Origin: an uncultured delta proteobacterium
GTDB lineage: Bacteria; Myxococcota_A; UBA9160; SZUA-336
Reading direction: 5' to 3'
NCBI GenBank assembly: GCA_963704165.1
Contig: CAVPHD010000006.1
Location: forward strand, 5,497-69,496
Length of the DNA stretch: 64,000 nt
The notes under the pieces were generated by a model. The model saw nothing but the letters and a program-made list of their open reading frames with translations, searched no databases and was not told the DNA's origin. Within the stretch, counting starts at the first letter, position 1. Every line of letters starts with the position of its first letter. Both the position numbers and the translations under genes were made by a program. This document shows positions 17,756 through 28,528 of this stretch, in pieces.

Positions 17756-19636
17756 ATGCCGCTCCTCAGCTTCGAAAATGTCTCGCTCGCCTTCGGCCGG
17801 CACGCCCTCTTGGAAGGGGCGAGCCTGCAGGTCGAGGCCGGCGAGCGCGTCTGCCTGATCGGCCGCAACGGTGCCGGTAAGTCCACGCTCCTGAAGATCG
17901 TCGCGGGCGAGGTCGTGCCGGATGCCGGCGAGCTTTGGCGGATGCCCGGACTCTCGATCGCGACGCTCTCGCAGGAGCTGCCCCGCGACGACGACGCGAC
18001 GGTCTTCGACGCGGTCGCGTCGGGACTCTCCGAGGTGGGGCGGCTGCTCGCGGAGTTCCACCACGTCTCGCACGACCTGGAGCACGACCCGGCCCTGCTC
18101 TCGCGGATGGAGGACCTGCAGCACGCGATCGAGGCGTGCGACGGCTGGAGCCTCGGCCAGCGCGTCGATCAGATCCTCGCGCGGCTCGAGCTTCCGGCCG
18201 ATGCGCGGCTAGGCGAACTCTCCGGTGGCTGGCGCCGGCGCGTGGCGCTGGCGCAGGCGCTGGTGCGCGAGCCGGATCTGCTCCTTCTCGACGAGCCGAC
18301 GAACCACCTCGACATCGAGGTGATCTCGTGGCTCGAAGAACGGCTTCTCGAGTTCCGCGGCGGCGTGCTCTTCGTGACCCACGACCGCACCCTGCTCGCG
18401 CGGCTCGCGACGCGGATCGTCGAGCTCGATCGCGGCACGCTCAGATCGTGGGCGTGCAGCTACCCGGACTTCCTCAGCCGCAAGGCCGCCGCGCTCGAAG
18501 AAGAGGCGCGCCACGCATCGCTCTTCGACAAGAAGCTCGCGCAGGAAGAAGTCTGGATCCGCCAGGGAATCAAGGCGCGCCGCACGCGCAACGAGGGCCG
18601 CGTGCGCGCGCTCGTGGCCTTGCGCGAGGAGCGCTCGCAACGGCGCGAGCTCGAAGGCAAGGCGCGGCTCTCGCTCGACGAGGGCACTTCGTCGGGGAAG
18701 CTCGTCGCCGACGCGGAGCACGTCTCGTATTCGTGGGGCGATACGCCGATCGTGCGCGACTTCTCGCTGCGCATCATGCGCGGCGACCGGATCGGCCTGG
18801 TCGGGCCGAACGGCGTCGGCAAGACCACGTTGCTGCGCGTTCTGCTCGGCCAGCTCGCGCCGACCGCGGGCCGCGTTCGGCTCGGCACGAAGCTCGAGAT
18901 CGCCTACTACGACCAGCTTCGCGCGGTGCTCGAGCTCGAGAAGACCGTGATCGAGAACATCGCCGAGGGCCGTGAGTACGTGGACGTGAAGGGCCAGCGC
19001 CGGCACGTGATCAGCTACCTGCAGGACTTCCTCTTCAGTCCCGATCGCGCGCGCGTGCCGGTGAAGGCGCTCTCGGGCGGCGAGCGCAACCGGCTTCTGC
19101 TCGCGCGCCTGTTCGCACAGCCCGCGAACCTGCTCGTGCTCGACGAGCCGACCAACGATCTCGACATCGAGACGCTCGAGCTTCTCGAAGAGATCCTGAT
19201 CGACTACCGCGGCACGCTGCTCCTCGTCTCGCACGACCGCGCGTTCCTCGACAACGTCGTCACGTCGACGCTCGTCTTCGAGGGCGGCGGCCGCGTGCAG
19301 GAGTACGCGGGTGGCTACAGCGACTGGCTGCGGCAGCGCGCGAAGCCGGTGTCGATCGCGGCGAAGCCGGTCGCCGACGCGAAGCCCGCGGTGCCTGCAA
19401 GACCGAAGGGAGCGAAGCTCGGCTTCAAGGAGGCGCGCGAACTCGAAGAGCTTCCCGCGGCGATCGAGTCGCTCGAGCGCGAGCAGGACGAGCTCTCCGG
19501 ACGCCTCTCCGTGCCCGCCTTCTACAAGATCGATTCCACGGAGCAGGCGCGCGTGCACGCTCGACTCGCGACTCTCGACGACGAGATCCGCGCAGCGTAC
19601 GCGCGCTGGGACGCGCTCGACGAGCGGCGGCGTTAG
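17756..19636 (+). CDS. uup: ABC-F family ATPase (Uup-like, two ABC cassettes plus C-terminal coiled coil)
   Basis: 626 aa from ATG 17756 (MPLLSFENVSLAFG). Two Walker A motifs (GRNGAGKST, GPNGVGKTT), two LSGG signatures, no TM segments. Confidence 0.9.
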   Translation: MPLLSFENVSLAFGRHALLEGASLQVEAGERVCLIGRNGAGKSTLLKIVAGEVVPDAGELWRMPGLSIATLSQELPRDDDATVFDAVASGLSEVGRLLAEFHHVSHDLEHDPALLSRMEDLQHAIEACDGWSLGQRVDQILARLELPADARLGELSGGWRRRVALAQALVREPDLLLLDEPTNHLDIEVISWLEERLLEFRGGVLFVTHDRTLLARLATRIVELDRGTLRSWACSYPDFLSRKAAALEEEARHASLFDKKLAQEEVWIRQGIKARRTRNEGRVRALVALREERSQRRELEGKARLSLDEGTSSGKLVADAEHVSYSWGDTPIVRDFSLRIMRGDRIGLVGPNGVGKTTLLRVLLGQLAPTAGRVRLGTKLEIAYYDQLRAVLELEKTVIENIAEGREYVDVKGQRRHVISYLQDFLFSPDRARVPVKALSGGERNRLLLARLFAQPANLLVLDEPTNDLDIETLELLEEILIDYRGTLLLVSHDRAFLDNVVTSTLVFEGGGRVQEYAGGYSDWLRQRAKPVSIAAKPVADAKPAVPARPKGAKLGFKEARELEELPAAIESLEREQDELSGRLSVPAFYKIDSTEQARVHARLATLDDEIRAAYARWDALDERRR

Positions 19637-19665
19637 ACTCGGGAACTCGGAAGGAGGATGGCTGA

Positions 19666-20436
19666 GTGACGCGGATGCGTGTGCTCGTGGTCACCGCGAC
19701 CTGTCTCGCGAGCGCTCACGCCGCCATCGCCAGCGCCGCTTCTCCGCTCGAGTTCGCACCGGCGCAGGTGTCGATCGCGGCGCCGCCCTACCCGGTTCCC
19801 CAGCTCGCGACGGCTGTCTCGGTGGACGAGGGCAGCGGCCCGGAGACCGTCGAGAGCTTCGCGGTCATCGTGCACGCCGCGGATGCGCTGAACCCCTCCG
19901 CCGCGCTGCCGATCACCGCCGTCGCGGGGACGGCACCGGACGGCAAGTCGTTCGAAGTCGAGCTCCGCTGGACGCCGGCGGGACAGGAGTCCTTCCCCGA
20001 CGAGCTCCTCTTCGACCTGCGCATCGCGCTTGCGCCGGCGGGCGGCCGCACGCCGGAGCAGACCGGCCTCGACACGGGTGAGATCACGCGCGGCTTGCTC
20101 GTGACGCTGGCCGCCGAGCTCGCCGACCTGCAAGGCCAACTCGCGTCGGTGTACGCGAGCCACTTCGTCGAGGTCGCGGCCGGACCCTCGCTCGACGCGG
20201 CGTGGCTCGACCCCGACGTGTCCACGCTCGCCTTCGAGCCGCCGCTCGTGCGCGTCGGCTTCCGCCTCGCGCGCAACGGCCCGGCAACGCCCGCGCCGGG
20301 AGAGCCGATCTTGATCTTGACCGCGACCGGAACGACGGCCGGGTCCACACCGGGGGTATCGACACTGCCGCGTTGGGGAATGCTCGTCCTCGCTTTGGCC
20401 CTTTTCGCGGCGGCGCGGCTGCGCGCGCGAGACTAG
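19666..20436 (+). CDS. secreted protein with IPTL-CTERM-like C-terminal sorting signal
   Basis: GTG 19666, 8 nt after AAGGAGG. Signal peptide MTRMRVLVVTATCLASAHAAIASA. C-terminus VSTLPRWGMLVLALALFAAARLRARD resembles the IPTLSEWG + TM + basic tail signal. Confidence 0.7.
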   Translation: MTRMRVLVVTATCLASAHAAIASAASPLEFAPAQVSIAAPPYPVPQLATAVSVDEGSGPETVESFAVIVHAADALNPSAALPITAVAGTAPDGKSFEVELRWTPAGQESFPDELLFDLRIALAPAGGRTPEQTGLDTGEITRGLLVTLAAELADLQGQLASVYASHFVEVAAGPSLDAAWLDPDVSTLAFEPPLVRVGFRLARNGPATPAPGEPILILTATGTTAGSTPGVSTLPRWGMLVLALALFAAARLRARD

Positions 20437-20475
20437 CCGCTGGCGGTACACTGCGATCCACAGGAAGGAACTCCG

Positions 20476-21486
20476 ATGCCGAACGTCGAAATGTGGGGCA
20501 AGGCGCTCACGGTCATGCCGCGGATCAACAAGCAGGACTGGGACGGGCTCGACATCGTCTCGCGCTGGCTGATCGCGACCCGCTCCGCGGTCATCATCAT
20601 GACGTTCACCTCCGCGGCGTTCGCGGGGCTGCTCGCCGCGAAGGCGGGCCAGTTCGACGCCCTGCTCTTCGCGCTCGTGACGCTCGGGCTCTGCCTCGCG
20701 CACGCGACGAACAATCTGGTCAACGACCTCACCGACTACTGGAAGGGCGTGGACGAGGGCAACTACTTCCGCACGCAGTACGGGCCGCAGACGGTTCAGG
20801 ACGGATTCCTCAGCGTGAAGCAGCTCCTGCTCTACGCGGCGCTCACGGGAGCGGCGGCGCTCGCGGTCGGCGGCTACCTGGTCGCGCTGCGCGGCGAGAT
20901 CGTGTGGATCCTGCTCGGCGCAGGCGCATTCTTCGTGCTCTTCTACACCTGGCCACTGAAGTACATCGGGCTCGGCGAGCCGGCCGTGCTCGCGGTCTGG
21001 GGACCGCTGATGGTCGGTGGCGGCTACTACGTGATCACGGGTGAGTGGAGCAACCACGTCGCGGTCGCGAGCATTGCCTACGCGCTCGGCCCGACGGCGG
21101 TGCTCTTCGGCAAGCACATCGACAAGCTCGACGCCGACAGCGCGAAGTCGATCCGGACGATGCCCGTGATCCTGGGCGAACGGAAGTCGCGCTACACCGT
21201 TCTCGGTATGCTGGTCGCTCAGTTCGGCGTGATCGCCTACCTCGTCGCCGTCGGCTATTTCACCCCCGCGATGCTGATCCCGTTCGCGGCCGCACCGTCG
21301 CTGCGGCGCGTCTTCGCCACCTACAAGCACCCGCGCCCGGCGCAGGCGCCCCCGGAGCTTCCGAAGGGCGTCTGGCCGCTCTACTTCGTCGCGGTCACGT
21401 TCTGGTACAACCGCCGCTTCGGCATCCTGTTCCTGGTCGGACTCGTCGGCGACATCCTCTGGTCGCGAGTGGTCGCCGGCGCCTGA
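20476..21486 (+). CDS. UbiA-family prenyltransferase
   Basis: 336 aa polytopic protein. Asp-rich motifs NDLTDYWKGVD and KHIDKLDAD. Confidence 0.85.
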   Translation: MPNVEMWGKALTVMPRINKQDWDGLDIVSRWLIATRSAVIIMTFTSAAFAGLLAAKAGQFDALLFALVTLGLCLAHATNNLVNDLTDYWKGVDEGNYFRTQYGPQTVQDGFLSVKQLLLYAALTGAAALAVGGYLVALRGEIVWILLGAGAFFVLFYTWPLKYIGLGEPAVLAVWGPLMVGGGYYVITGEWSNHVAVASIAYALGPTAVLFGKHIDKLDADSAKSIRTMPVILGERKSRYTVLGMLVAQFGVIAYLVAVGYFTPAMLIPFAAAPSLRRVFATYKHPRPAQAPPELPKGVWPLYFVAVTFWYNRRFGILFLVGLVGDILWSRVVAGA

Positions 21487-22494
21487 CTAGCGCTTCACGA
21501 AGTCGGCGACGATCCGGGCGAGCTCGACGCCGCGTCCCTCCTGCAGGAAGTGCCCGCCGCCGGCGATCGTCACGTGCGGCTGCCCCTTCGCTCCCGGCAC
21601 GCGCTCGCGAAAGACCGCGTCCCCGCCACGCGTCACCGGGTCGTTGTCGCTGAAGGCGCAGAGCAGAGGCTTCGTCCACTTCGAAAACACCTCCCAGGCG
21701 CGCGCGTTCGCTTCGAGGGACGGATCGTCGGAGAGCGTCGGCACCTGACTCGGCATCGCGCGCGGTCCCATCTTGTACGACGGATCGGGGAATGGCGCGT
21801 CGTAGGCGGCGATCTCGGCCGGAGTGAGCCTGCGTCCGTCGACGCTGCCCGCGATCAACGGGCCAACCGGTGGATCGACCGTCTCCCAGGTGAACTTCTG
21901 CCAGTAGGCGAACGTGCGCTCGGGCCGCTCGCGATCGGGATTTCCGATCGCCTGCATCATCTCGACCATCGTCGGCGTCGGTGCGTCGCGCCGGAACGCC
22001 TTCACGGCGTCGATCCGCTCCTGCGGGACGTTCGCCGGCAGCGGCAGTCCCGTGTTCGCGACCACCACGCGCTCGAAGCGCTCGGGGTGCTCGGCGACCA
22101 TCCGTAGCCCGATCAGTCCGCCCCAGTCCTGACCGACGAACGTCGCGCCGCGGAGGTCGTTCTGCACGAGCCACGCCGCGAGCCAGTCGACCTGACGCTG
22201 ATAGGTGTAGTTCTCGCGCGCGGCCGGCTTGTCGGAGCGCCCGAAGCCGACCAGATCCGGCGCGATCACGCGCAGGCCGGCGCCGGTCAGCACGGGGATC
22301 ATGTGCCGGTACAGGTAGCTCCAGGTGGGCTGACCGTGCATGCAGAGCACGATCGGCGCGCCCGCGGGTCCCTCGTCGACGTGGTGGATCCGGAGCGTTC
22401 CCCCCTCGCCGTCCGGCACGTCGGTATAGCGCGGAGCGAACGGGAAACCGGGCAGGTTCGAGAATCGATCGTCGGGCGTGCGCAGGGTCTTCAT
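21487..22494 (-). CDS. haloalkane dehalogenase (alpha/beta hydrolase, HLD-I-like)
   Basis: 335 aa. MKTLRTPDDRFSNLPGFPF, HGQPTWSYLYRHM, nucleophile GQDWGG, C-terminal GGGHFLQE. Confidence 0.85.
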   Translation of the reverse strand: MKTLRTPDDRFSNLPGFPFAPRYTDVPDGEGGTLRIHHVDEGPAGAPIVLCMHGQPTWSYLYRHMIPVLTGAGLRVIAPDLVGFGRSDKPAARENYTYQRQVDWLAAWLVQNDLRGATFVGQDWGGLIGLRMVAEHPERFERVVVANTGLPLPANVPQERIDAVKAFRRDAPTPTMVEMMQAIGNPDRERPERTFAYWQKFTWETVDPPVGPLIAGSVDGRRLTPAEIAAYDAPFPDPSYKMGPRAMPSQVPTLSDDPSLEANARAWEVFSKWTKPLLCAFSDNDPVTRGGDAVFRERVPGAKGQPHVTIAGGGHFLQEGRGVELARIVADFVKR

Positions 22495-22542
22495 GCCCGA
22501 GAGCCTACATGGGTGCGCGTCGCCTTTCAGCGCGGTTGTCGA

Positions 22543-23331
22543 TCACCCGCGCATCTGCCGCAGCATCAATCGATCGTAGAGCGACGGCATCCACCGGATG
22601 ATCCACCACGACGCTTTGCCGACGGTCGAGAGGACCCGCAGGCGTCGCCGCGCGACCACGGCGCGGAGGATCGCGTCGGCGACGCTCTCCGGCGTCGCCG
22701 CCTTCCCCACGGTCGCGCGCTCTCCGCTGCCGAGCGCGTGCTGTTCGATCGCGGTGTCGGTGAATCCCGGACAGACCATCGTCACGTCCACGCCGCTGCC
22801 GTCGAGCTCGCAGCGCAGCGTCTCGAAGAGCCCGTGCAGGGCGTGTTTGCTCGCCGAGTAGCCGCTCCGCCCGTAGAGGGGCGCGAGCCCCGCGATGCTC
22901 GACAACACGACGATGGCGCCGCGCCGCGCGACCAGGCTCGAGAGCGCCGCCTGCGTGCAGTGGATCGCGCCGAAGACGTTGATGTCGAAGACGCGGCGGT
23001 ACAGCGACGGCTCCGTGTCGGCGAACTTCCCGAGCTGCGTCACGCCGGCGTTGTTGATCAGCACGTCGACGCCGCCCCAGCGCTCGATCACCGCGGCAAT
23101 CGCCGCTCGGCTCGCCTCTTCGCGCGTGACGTCACAGGGAAGCGCGATGGCGTCGAGTCCGCGCGCGCGCAGATCCGTCGCAACCGCCTCGCCTCCACCG
23201 GCATCCACGTCGAGGATCGCGACCTTCGCTCCAGCGCGCGCAAAGCGATGCGCCAGCGCGCGACCGATTCCGCTGGCCGCACCGGTGATCACGACCACGC
23301 GACCCGAAATCGTACGCTTCGACCGGCGCAT
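22543..23331 (-). CDS. SDR family oxidoreductase
   Basis: 262 aa from ATG 23331 with [32 protein letters not shown]. Confidence 0.88.
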   Translation of the reverse strand: MRRSKRTISGRVVVITGAASGIGRALAHRFARAGAKVAILDVDAGGGEAVATDLRARGLDAIALPCDVTREEASRAAIAAVIERWGGVDVLINNAGVTQLGKFADTEPSLYRRVFDINVFGAIHCTQAALSSLVARRGAIVVLSSIAGLAPLYGRSGYSASKHALHGLFETLRCELDGSGVDVTMVCPGFTDTAIEQHALGSGERATVGKAATPESVADAILRAVVARRRLRVLSTVGKASWWIIRWMPSLYDRLMLRQMRG

Positions 23332-23453
23332 CGACGGACCTCCTCGAGCACGAAGACGTGTCTCTGGCGGCTGTTGTATCAGCCTTCGCGCCACTCGGCT
23401 TCGTCACGCGCGCCACGGATCTGGCTTATCCTCGCGGAGGAAGGAGGTGCCCC

Positions 23454-24189
23454 ATGGCTGCTGCCGCGTTCGCGTATGGCGTCCTCAGCTACCTGATCTT
23501 CTTCGCGAGCTTCCTCTACTCGATCGGCTTCGTCGGCAACCTCGGGGTCCCGAAGGCGATCGACACCGGGCCGGCGGGGCCGGCGCCGGAGGCGCTTCTC
23601 GTCGACGTGCTTCTGCTCGGCGTGTTCGCCGTTCAGCACAGCGTCATGGCGCGCCGCGGATTCAAACGCTGGTGGACGCGGTTCGTGCCGGAGTCGGCCG
23701 AGCGCAGCACCTACGTCCTGCTCTCGGGCCTGCTTGCTGTTCCTGCTGTTCTGGAAGTGGCAGCCGATCCTCGGCGTGGTCTGGCAGGTCGAGAACGCCC
23801 TCGGCGTCACCGCGCTCGGGGTCCTGTTCTGGCTCGGCTGGGCGCTGGTCCTCTACTCCACGTTCGCGATCGACCACTTCGATCTCTTCGGCCTGCGCCA
23901 GGTCTGGTTTCGGCTCCGCGGCGCCGAGTACGTGCCGGTCGCCTTCGAGCAGCCGTGGATCTACACGGTCGTGCGGCATCCGCTGCTGCTGGGCTTCTTG
24001 ATCGCCTTCTGGTCGACACCGACGATGACGCAGGGGCACCTGCTCTTCAGCGCGACCGTCACGGCCTACACGTTCCTCGGAATCCTCCTGGAGGAACGCG
24101 ACCTCGTGGACGTCCACGGCGAGGCCTACGTGCAGTATCGTAAGGAGGTGCGCATGCTCCTGCCGCTTCGGCGGCGGAAGCGAGGATGA
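23454..24189 (+). pseudogene. MddA-like (ICMT-fold) membrane methyltransferase; one +1 frame disruption near 23734
   Basis: ATG 23454 after GGAGGAAGGAGG. Frame 1 gives ...[37 protein letters not shown]. Frame 2 gives [16 protein letters not shown]...[14 protein letters not shown]...[26 protein letters not shown]...EERDL. Removing one T restores a 244-aa protein. Confidence 0.75.
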
Positions 24190-24200
24190 GGGGAGAACGC

Positions 24201-25663
24201 ATGACGACGATACCCAAGCGCGGCCTCGAGACCGAGGCTTTGTTCCGCCGCCTCGAGGACTTTCGAAAGCACGACGTGAACTGGCGCGACGGCCGGGTCT
24301 GGGCGTACGTGTACGACCCCGGAGCCGAGGCCGAGGCCGTGATCAAGCGCGCGTACACGATGTACCTGACCGAGAACGCGCTCGACCCGACGGCGTTTCC
24401 GAGCGGGATGCACCTCGAGAACGAACTGGTCTCAATGGCCGCGACGCACCTGCGCGGCGACGCGAACGTGGTGGGCAACTTCACGAGCGGCGGCACGGAA
24501 TCGATCATCTGTGCGGTGAAGGCGGCGCGCGACTTCGCGCGCGAGCAGCGCCCGAAGGCGCTCCGGCCGCACGTTCTCTTGCCGACGACCGCGCACGCTG
24601 CGTTCCACAAGGCCTGTCACTACCTCGACATCGACACCCGCCTCGTTCCCGTCGATCCGAAGAGCTTCCGCGCCGATCCGCGCGCGGATGCGCGACGCCG
24701 TCGACGAGAGCACGATCCTGATGGTCGGTTCCGCGGTCTCCGTACGCGCACGGCGTGGTCGACCCGATTCGCGAGCTCGGCGAGATCGCGATCGAGAAGG
24801 ACCTGCTCTTCCACGTCGACGGCTGCATGGGCGGGTTCCTGCTGCCCTACTTCCGCCGGCTCGGCGCGAACGTGCCGGACTTCGAGTTCAACGTGCCGGG
24901 CGTGACGAGCCTCTCGATGGATTTCCACAAGTACGCGTTCGCCGCGAAGGGCGCGTCGGTGATCCTCTACCGCAGCGCCGATCTGCGGAAGTACCAGATG
25001 TACGCGTGCGCGAACTGGACGGGCTACACCGTGATCAACCCGACCGTGCAGAGCACGAAGTCGATCGGCCCGCTCGCCGCGGCCTGGGCCGTGCTCCATC
25101 ACTTCGGCGACGAGGGCTACCTCGAGATCGCGCGCCAGGTGCTCGACGCGACCCGACGCATCGCGGACGCGATCGAAGCGATGCCCGAGCTGCGCCTGCT
25201 CGGACGGCCCGACATGAACCTGGTCGCATTCGCTTCGGACACGGTGAACGTCTTCCACGTGATCGACGAGATGAAGCTGCGCGGTTGGTACATCCAGCCG
25301 CAGCTCGGCTACGCGAGCTCGCGCGAGAACATCCACCTGTCGATCATGCCGTCGAATGTACGCTGGGTCGACGCGATGCTCGCCGACCTGCGGGAGTGCG
25401 TCGCGAAGGCCGCCACGCTTCCGAGCGGAGAGATCGCGGCCAAGATCCAGGCGGCGTTCGGGAACGTGGACCCGGACTCGATCGGCGACGAGACGATCCG
25501 GGGATTGCTCGCGATGACCGGCGCCGCGGGGAACGCCCTGCCCGATCGCATGGCGGAAGTGAACGAGGTGCTGAACGCCCTGCCCGTTCCGATCCGCGAG
25601 AAGCTCCTCGTCGGCTACCTCAACACGCTCTATCGGCAGCCCGAGGACTCCGGCGGCGGCTGA
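24201..25663 (+). pseudogene. PLP-dependent decarboxylase/lyase (sphingosine-1-phosphate-lyase-like group II); two +1 frame disruptions near 24687 and 24742
   Basis: Three frames join cleanly: ...VDPKSFRADPRA / MRDAVDESTILMVGSAVS / YAHGVVDPIRELGEIAIEKDLLFHVDGCMGGF...SLSMDFHKYAFAAKG (PLP Lys). 1463 nt equals 487 codons plus 2. Confidence 0.8.
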
Positions 25664-25678
25664 GCCGCACCTGGGCCG

Positions 25679-28395
25679 TCAGGCCGACTCTCCGCGCGCC
25701 TTGTCCAGGTGGCGGGCGATCGTCGCGAGCAGAGTCGCACGGTCGATCGGCTTGGTCGCGTAGTCGTCGCAACCGGCTTCCACGCACTTCTCGCGCTCGC
25801 CGGTCATCGCGTGCGCGGTGAGCGCGACGATCGGGCCGCGGTAGCCATCGGCGCGCAGGCAGCGATGTCGCCTCGTAGCCGTCCATCTCCGGCATCTGCA
25901 TGTCCATGAGCACCACGTCGTAAGGCTCGTTCGCCAGCAACGAGGCGAGCGCCATGCGGTGCGCCTCGACGCCGTTCTCGGCGACGTCGACGCTGAGCCC
26001 CGCACGGACGAGCAGGTGGCGCACCAGCTTGCGTGAATCGGGGGTGTCCTCGGCCAGCAGAACCCGACCGCGCAGGTTCGTCGGAACCGCCACGGGCGTT
26101 GCGGCGACCGCCTGCACCACGGGCTGCTCCAGGTCGGTCATCCACTCGACTCCGTCGAGCGGCCCAGGGTCGAGCGAGACCCGGAAGTGGCTGCCCTCGC
26201 CCGGGATCGAGGCTCACGGAGATGTCGCCGCCGAGGAGCTCCGCCATGCGTCGGGAGATCGCGAGGCCGAGACCCGTCCCCCCGAAACGGCGCGTGGTCG
26301 ATGCGTCGGCCTGCGTGAAGGGCTGGAACATGCGACCGATCTGTTCCGCGGTCATGCCGATGCCCGTGTCGACGACGTCGATGACGAGCTTCGCGTCGCT
26401 GAGCCCGACGCGCACGCGCACCGAACCCGATTGCGTGAACTTGATCGCGTTGCCCACCAGGTTGATCAGGATCTGCCGCATTCGCACCGGGTCGGTCCGG
26501 ATGATCGCAGGGAGCGGCAGGACCCACTCGCTCGTCAGCTCGAGGCCCCTCTCGTCGGCTCGGACACGGAGCAGGGAGAGCGTTTCCTCGACGATCTGAC
26601 GCGGCGAGCACGCGATGAACTCCACGCGCATGCGGCCGGCCTCGATCTTCGAGAGATCGAGCACGTCGTTGAGGATCGCGAGCAGGTGACGTCCGTTGCG
26701 CCGGATCGTGTCGACCAGCTCCGCGCGTTCGCCCACTTCGGCGTCGTGTTCCGCGAGCACGTCCGCGAAGCCGAGGATCGCCGTCATCGGCGTGCGCATC
26801 TCGTGGCTCACGTTGGCGAGGAACTCGCTCTTGGCCTGGTTTGCGGCTTCGAGCGAGGCGTTGGTCTCGGCCAGCTCGCGCGTGCGCTCCGTGACCAGCT
26901 CTTCGATCTGGCGCGTGCGCTCGCCGATCACGTGCAGCCAGCCCGTGAGCAGCCCCGTGATCACCCAGCCGACGATCAGCGCCGCGAGCGGAGTCCACGT
27001 CCGGGTCGCTCGGAGAAAAGCCGGCGCGGGAGCCCAGATCGTCGGGAGGTTCCGATCTCCGAAGTGCAGCGTCGTGCGGATGGCGGCGTCCGTCGAGAGC
27101 CCGAGGAGCCGCTTCGCGTCTCGCGGCTCGAGTGGCGTTTCGCGTGTGCTCTCCCAGCCCAGATGCACGACGCGTGCATCGGGCCCCGGCCCGTCGGTCA
27201 CCACGACGTCGAGCCCGACGGGAAGCCAGTCGGCGAAGACCTGGTCGATCAACGGTCCCATCTTCACGATCGCCACCGCAAAGCCGCGGAGCTCGCTGAC
27301 GGGGCCGAACGGGTCGCTCCCGCCCTCGTAGATCGGCATCAGCATCAGATGCGTCGGCTCTCCGTCGGCCTCGTTCGGCAGGAGGATCGCGGGCGACGCC
27401 GCGATGTCGCGCGCGAGCCTCGCCTGCTCGATCGCGCCCGCGATCTCGGGAGACGACGTCAGCTCGTAGTCGAGCAAGCGTTCGTTGCCCGCCCGCGGAG
27501 CGAGCGCGGTGATGGCGAAGTGGTCTTCACCATCGCGCGTCGAGCGCGAGGCGAACGCGAACGCCTGCACCGACCAGGCGTGGATCAGCAACCGGTCGCC
27601 GAAGGCCTCGAACTCCTCCGGCGAAACGTACTCGGAAGCGTCGTGGAGACCCGCGACCGCGTCGAGCGCGTCGCTGACCACGGCGAAGCCGCGTTGGATC
27701 GAGAGCGTTCGTTCGAGCGCGGCGTGGTCCAGGCGACGCGCGGCCGCGTCGACCTCGAGCCGGTTCAGCGCGTCCCAGCCGGCGAAGCTCGCGGTCAGGC
27801 CGATGATGACCGCGACGCGCACCGTCCAACTCGTCCGCGCGCCGAGGAGCGAGATCGCGATCGGGGTGAACGCGATCGTTCCGATCAGCTCCGACCCGAG
27901 CCACGCGATCCAGGTCGACGACACCTCCCCGCGCGGCAACAGACCCGCCAGGTACATCACGGCGACGCCGTACGAAGAGCAGAAGAGCGCGACCAGCGGG
28001 GGCGCGACGATCACGACGCGCACCAGCGCGCGCAGATCGCGAATGTCCTGGCTCGACGCAACCCATCGCCCCGCGGCCGCGGCCACGAGGATCGCGAAGC
28101 TCGCGCCCGTCGCGTAGGTGAATGCAGCGAGCACGCGCGCGAGAGGTTCTTGGAAGTTGAGCGGCATCAGGAGCCCGACGGCGACGATCCCGCAGAAGAG
28201 CCCCGGCCAGACGCGCCAGCCCCAGATCAACGCACCCGCCAACGCGATTCCCGAGGCGGGCCAGACCGGCGCGATCCCGTCGGCGCGAACCGGCGTCATC
28301 CAGACGACTTGCGCGCAGATCATGTACCCGGCCGCGAGGAGCAAATTGGCTCCCCAGGGGAATCTGCGGACGAGACTCGACCACGGCCCGGACAT
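25679..28395 (-). pseudogene. hybrid sensor histidine kinase (MASE1-CHASE-TM-HisKA-HATPase_c-REC); two frame disruptions near 26210 and 25865
   Basis: ATG 28395. MASE1-like N-terminus ([25 protein letters not shown]) and a CHASE-like periplasmic block. [33 protein letters not shown]. Reading then continues in other frames as [13 protein letters not shown]...[14 protein letters not shown]...[17 protein letters not shown] and [18 protein letters not shown]...ATKPIDR. Confidence 0.85.
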
Positions 28396-28434
28396 GTTCC
28401 TCGTATCGGGAAGGACCCGTTTCGGCTTTGGAGT

Positions 28435-28460
28435 CAGATCACGCGCGAGGCGCGGATCTG
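28435..28460 (-). terminator. GC-rich hairpin (11-bp stem with one bulged A, GAG loop) between the PEP-CTERM gene and the kinase start
   Basis: cagatcacgcgc-gag-gcgcggatctg paired by hand. About 70 nt downstream of the PEP-CTERM stop. No U-tract, so terminator function is uncertain. Confidence 0.35.
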
Positions 28461-28528
28461 TGGCGGACGCTTCCGCGAACGGGCCATGTACGACACCCCT
28501 GTCTCGCGGGTGTCGACACCGCAAACGG

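Noticed and set aside
19658-19669. ATG immediately after the AAGGAGG at 19651-19657 (mini-ORF MAE-stop).
   Set aside because: Zero spacing to the RBS, and only three codons long. GTG 19666, 8 nt from the RBS, gives a proper signal peptide.
17935-21330. ORFs 17935..18975 (+), 18209..19558 (-) and 19633..21330 (-, 565 aa).
   Set aside because: Shadows of the ABC-F, IPTL-like and UbiA genes. No motifs and extreme Arg/Glu/Asp or Arg/Ala composition.
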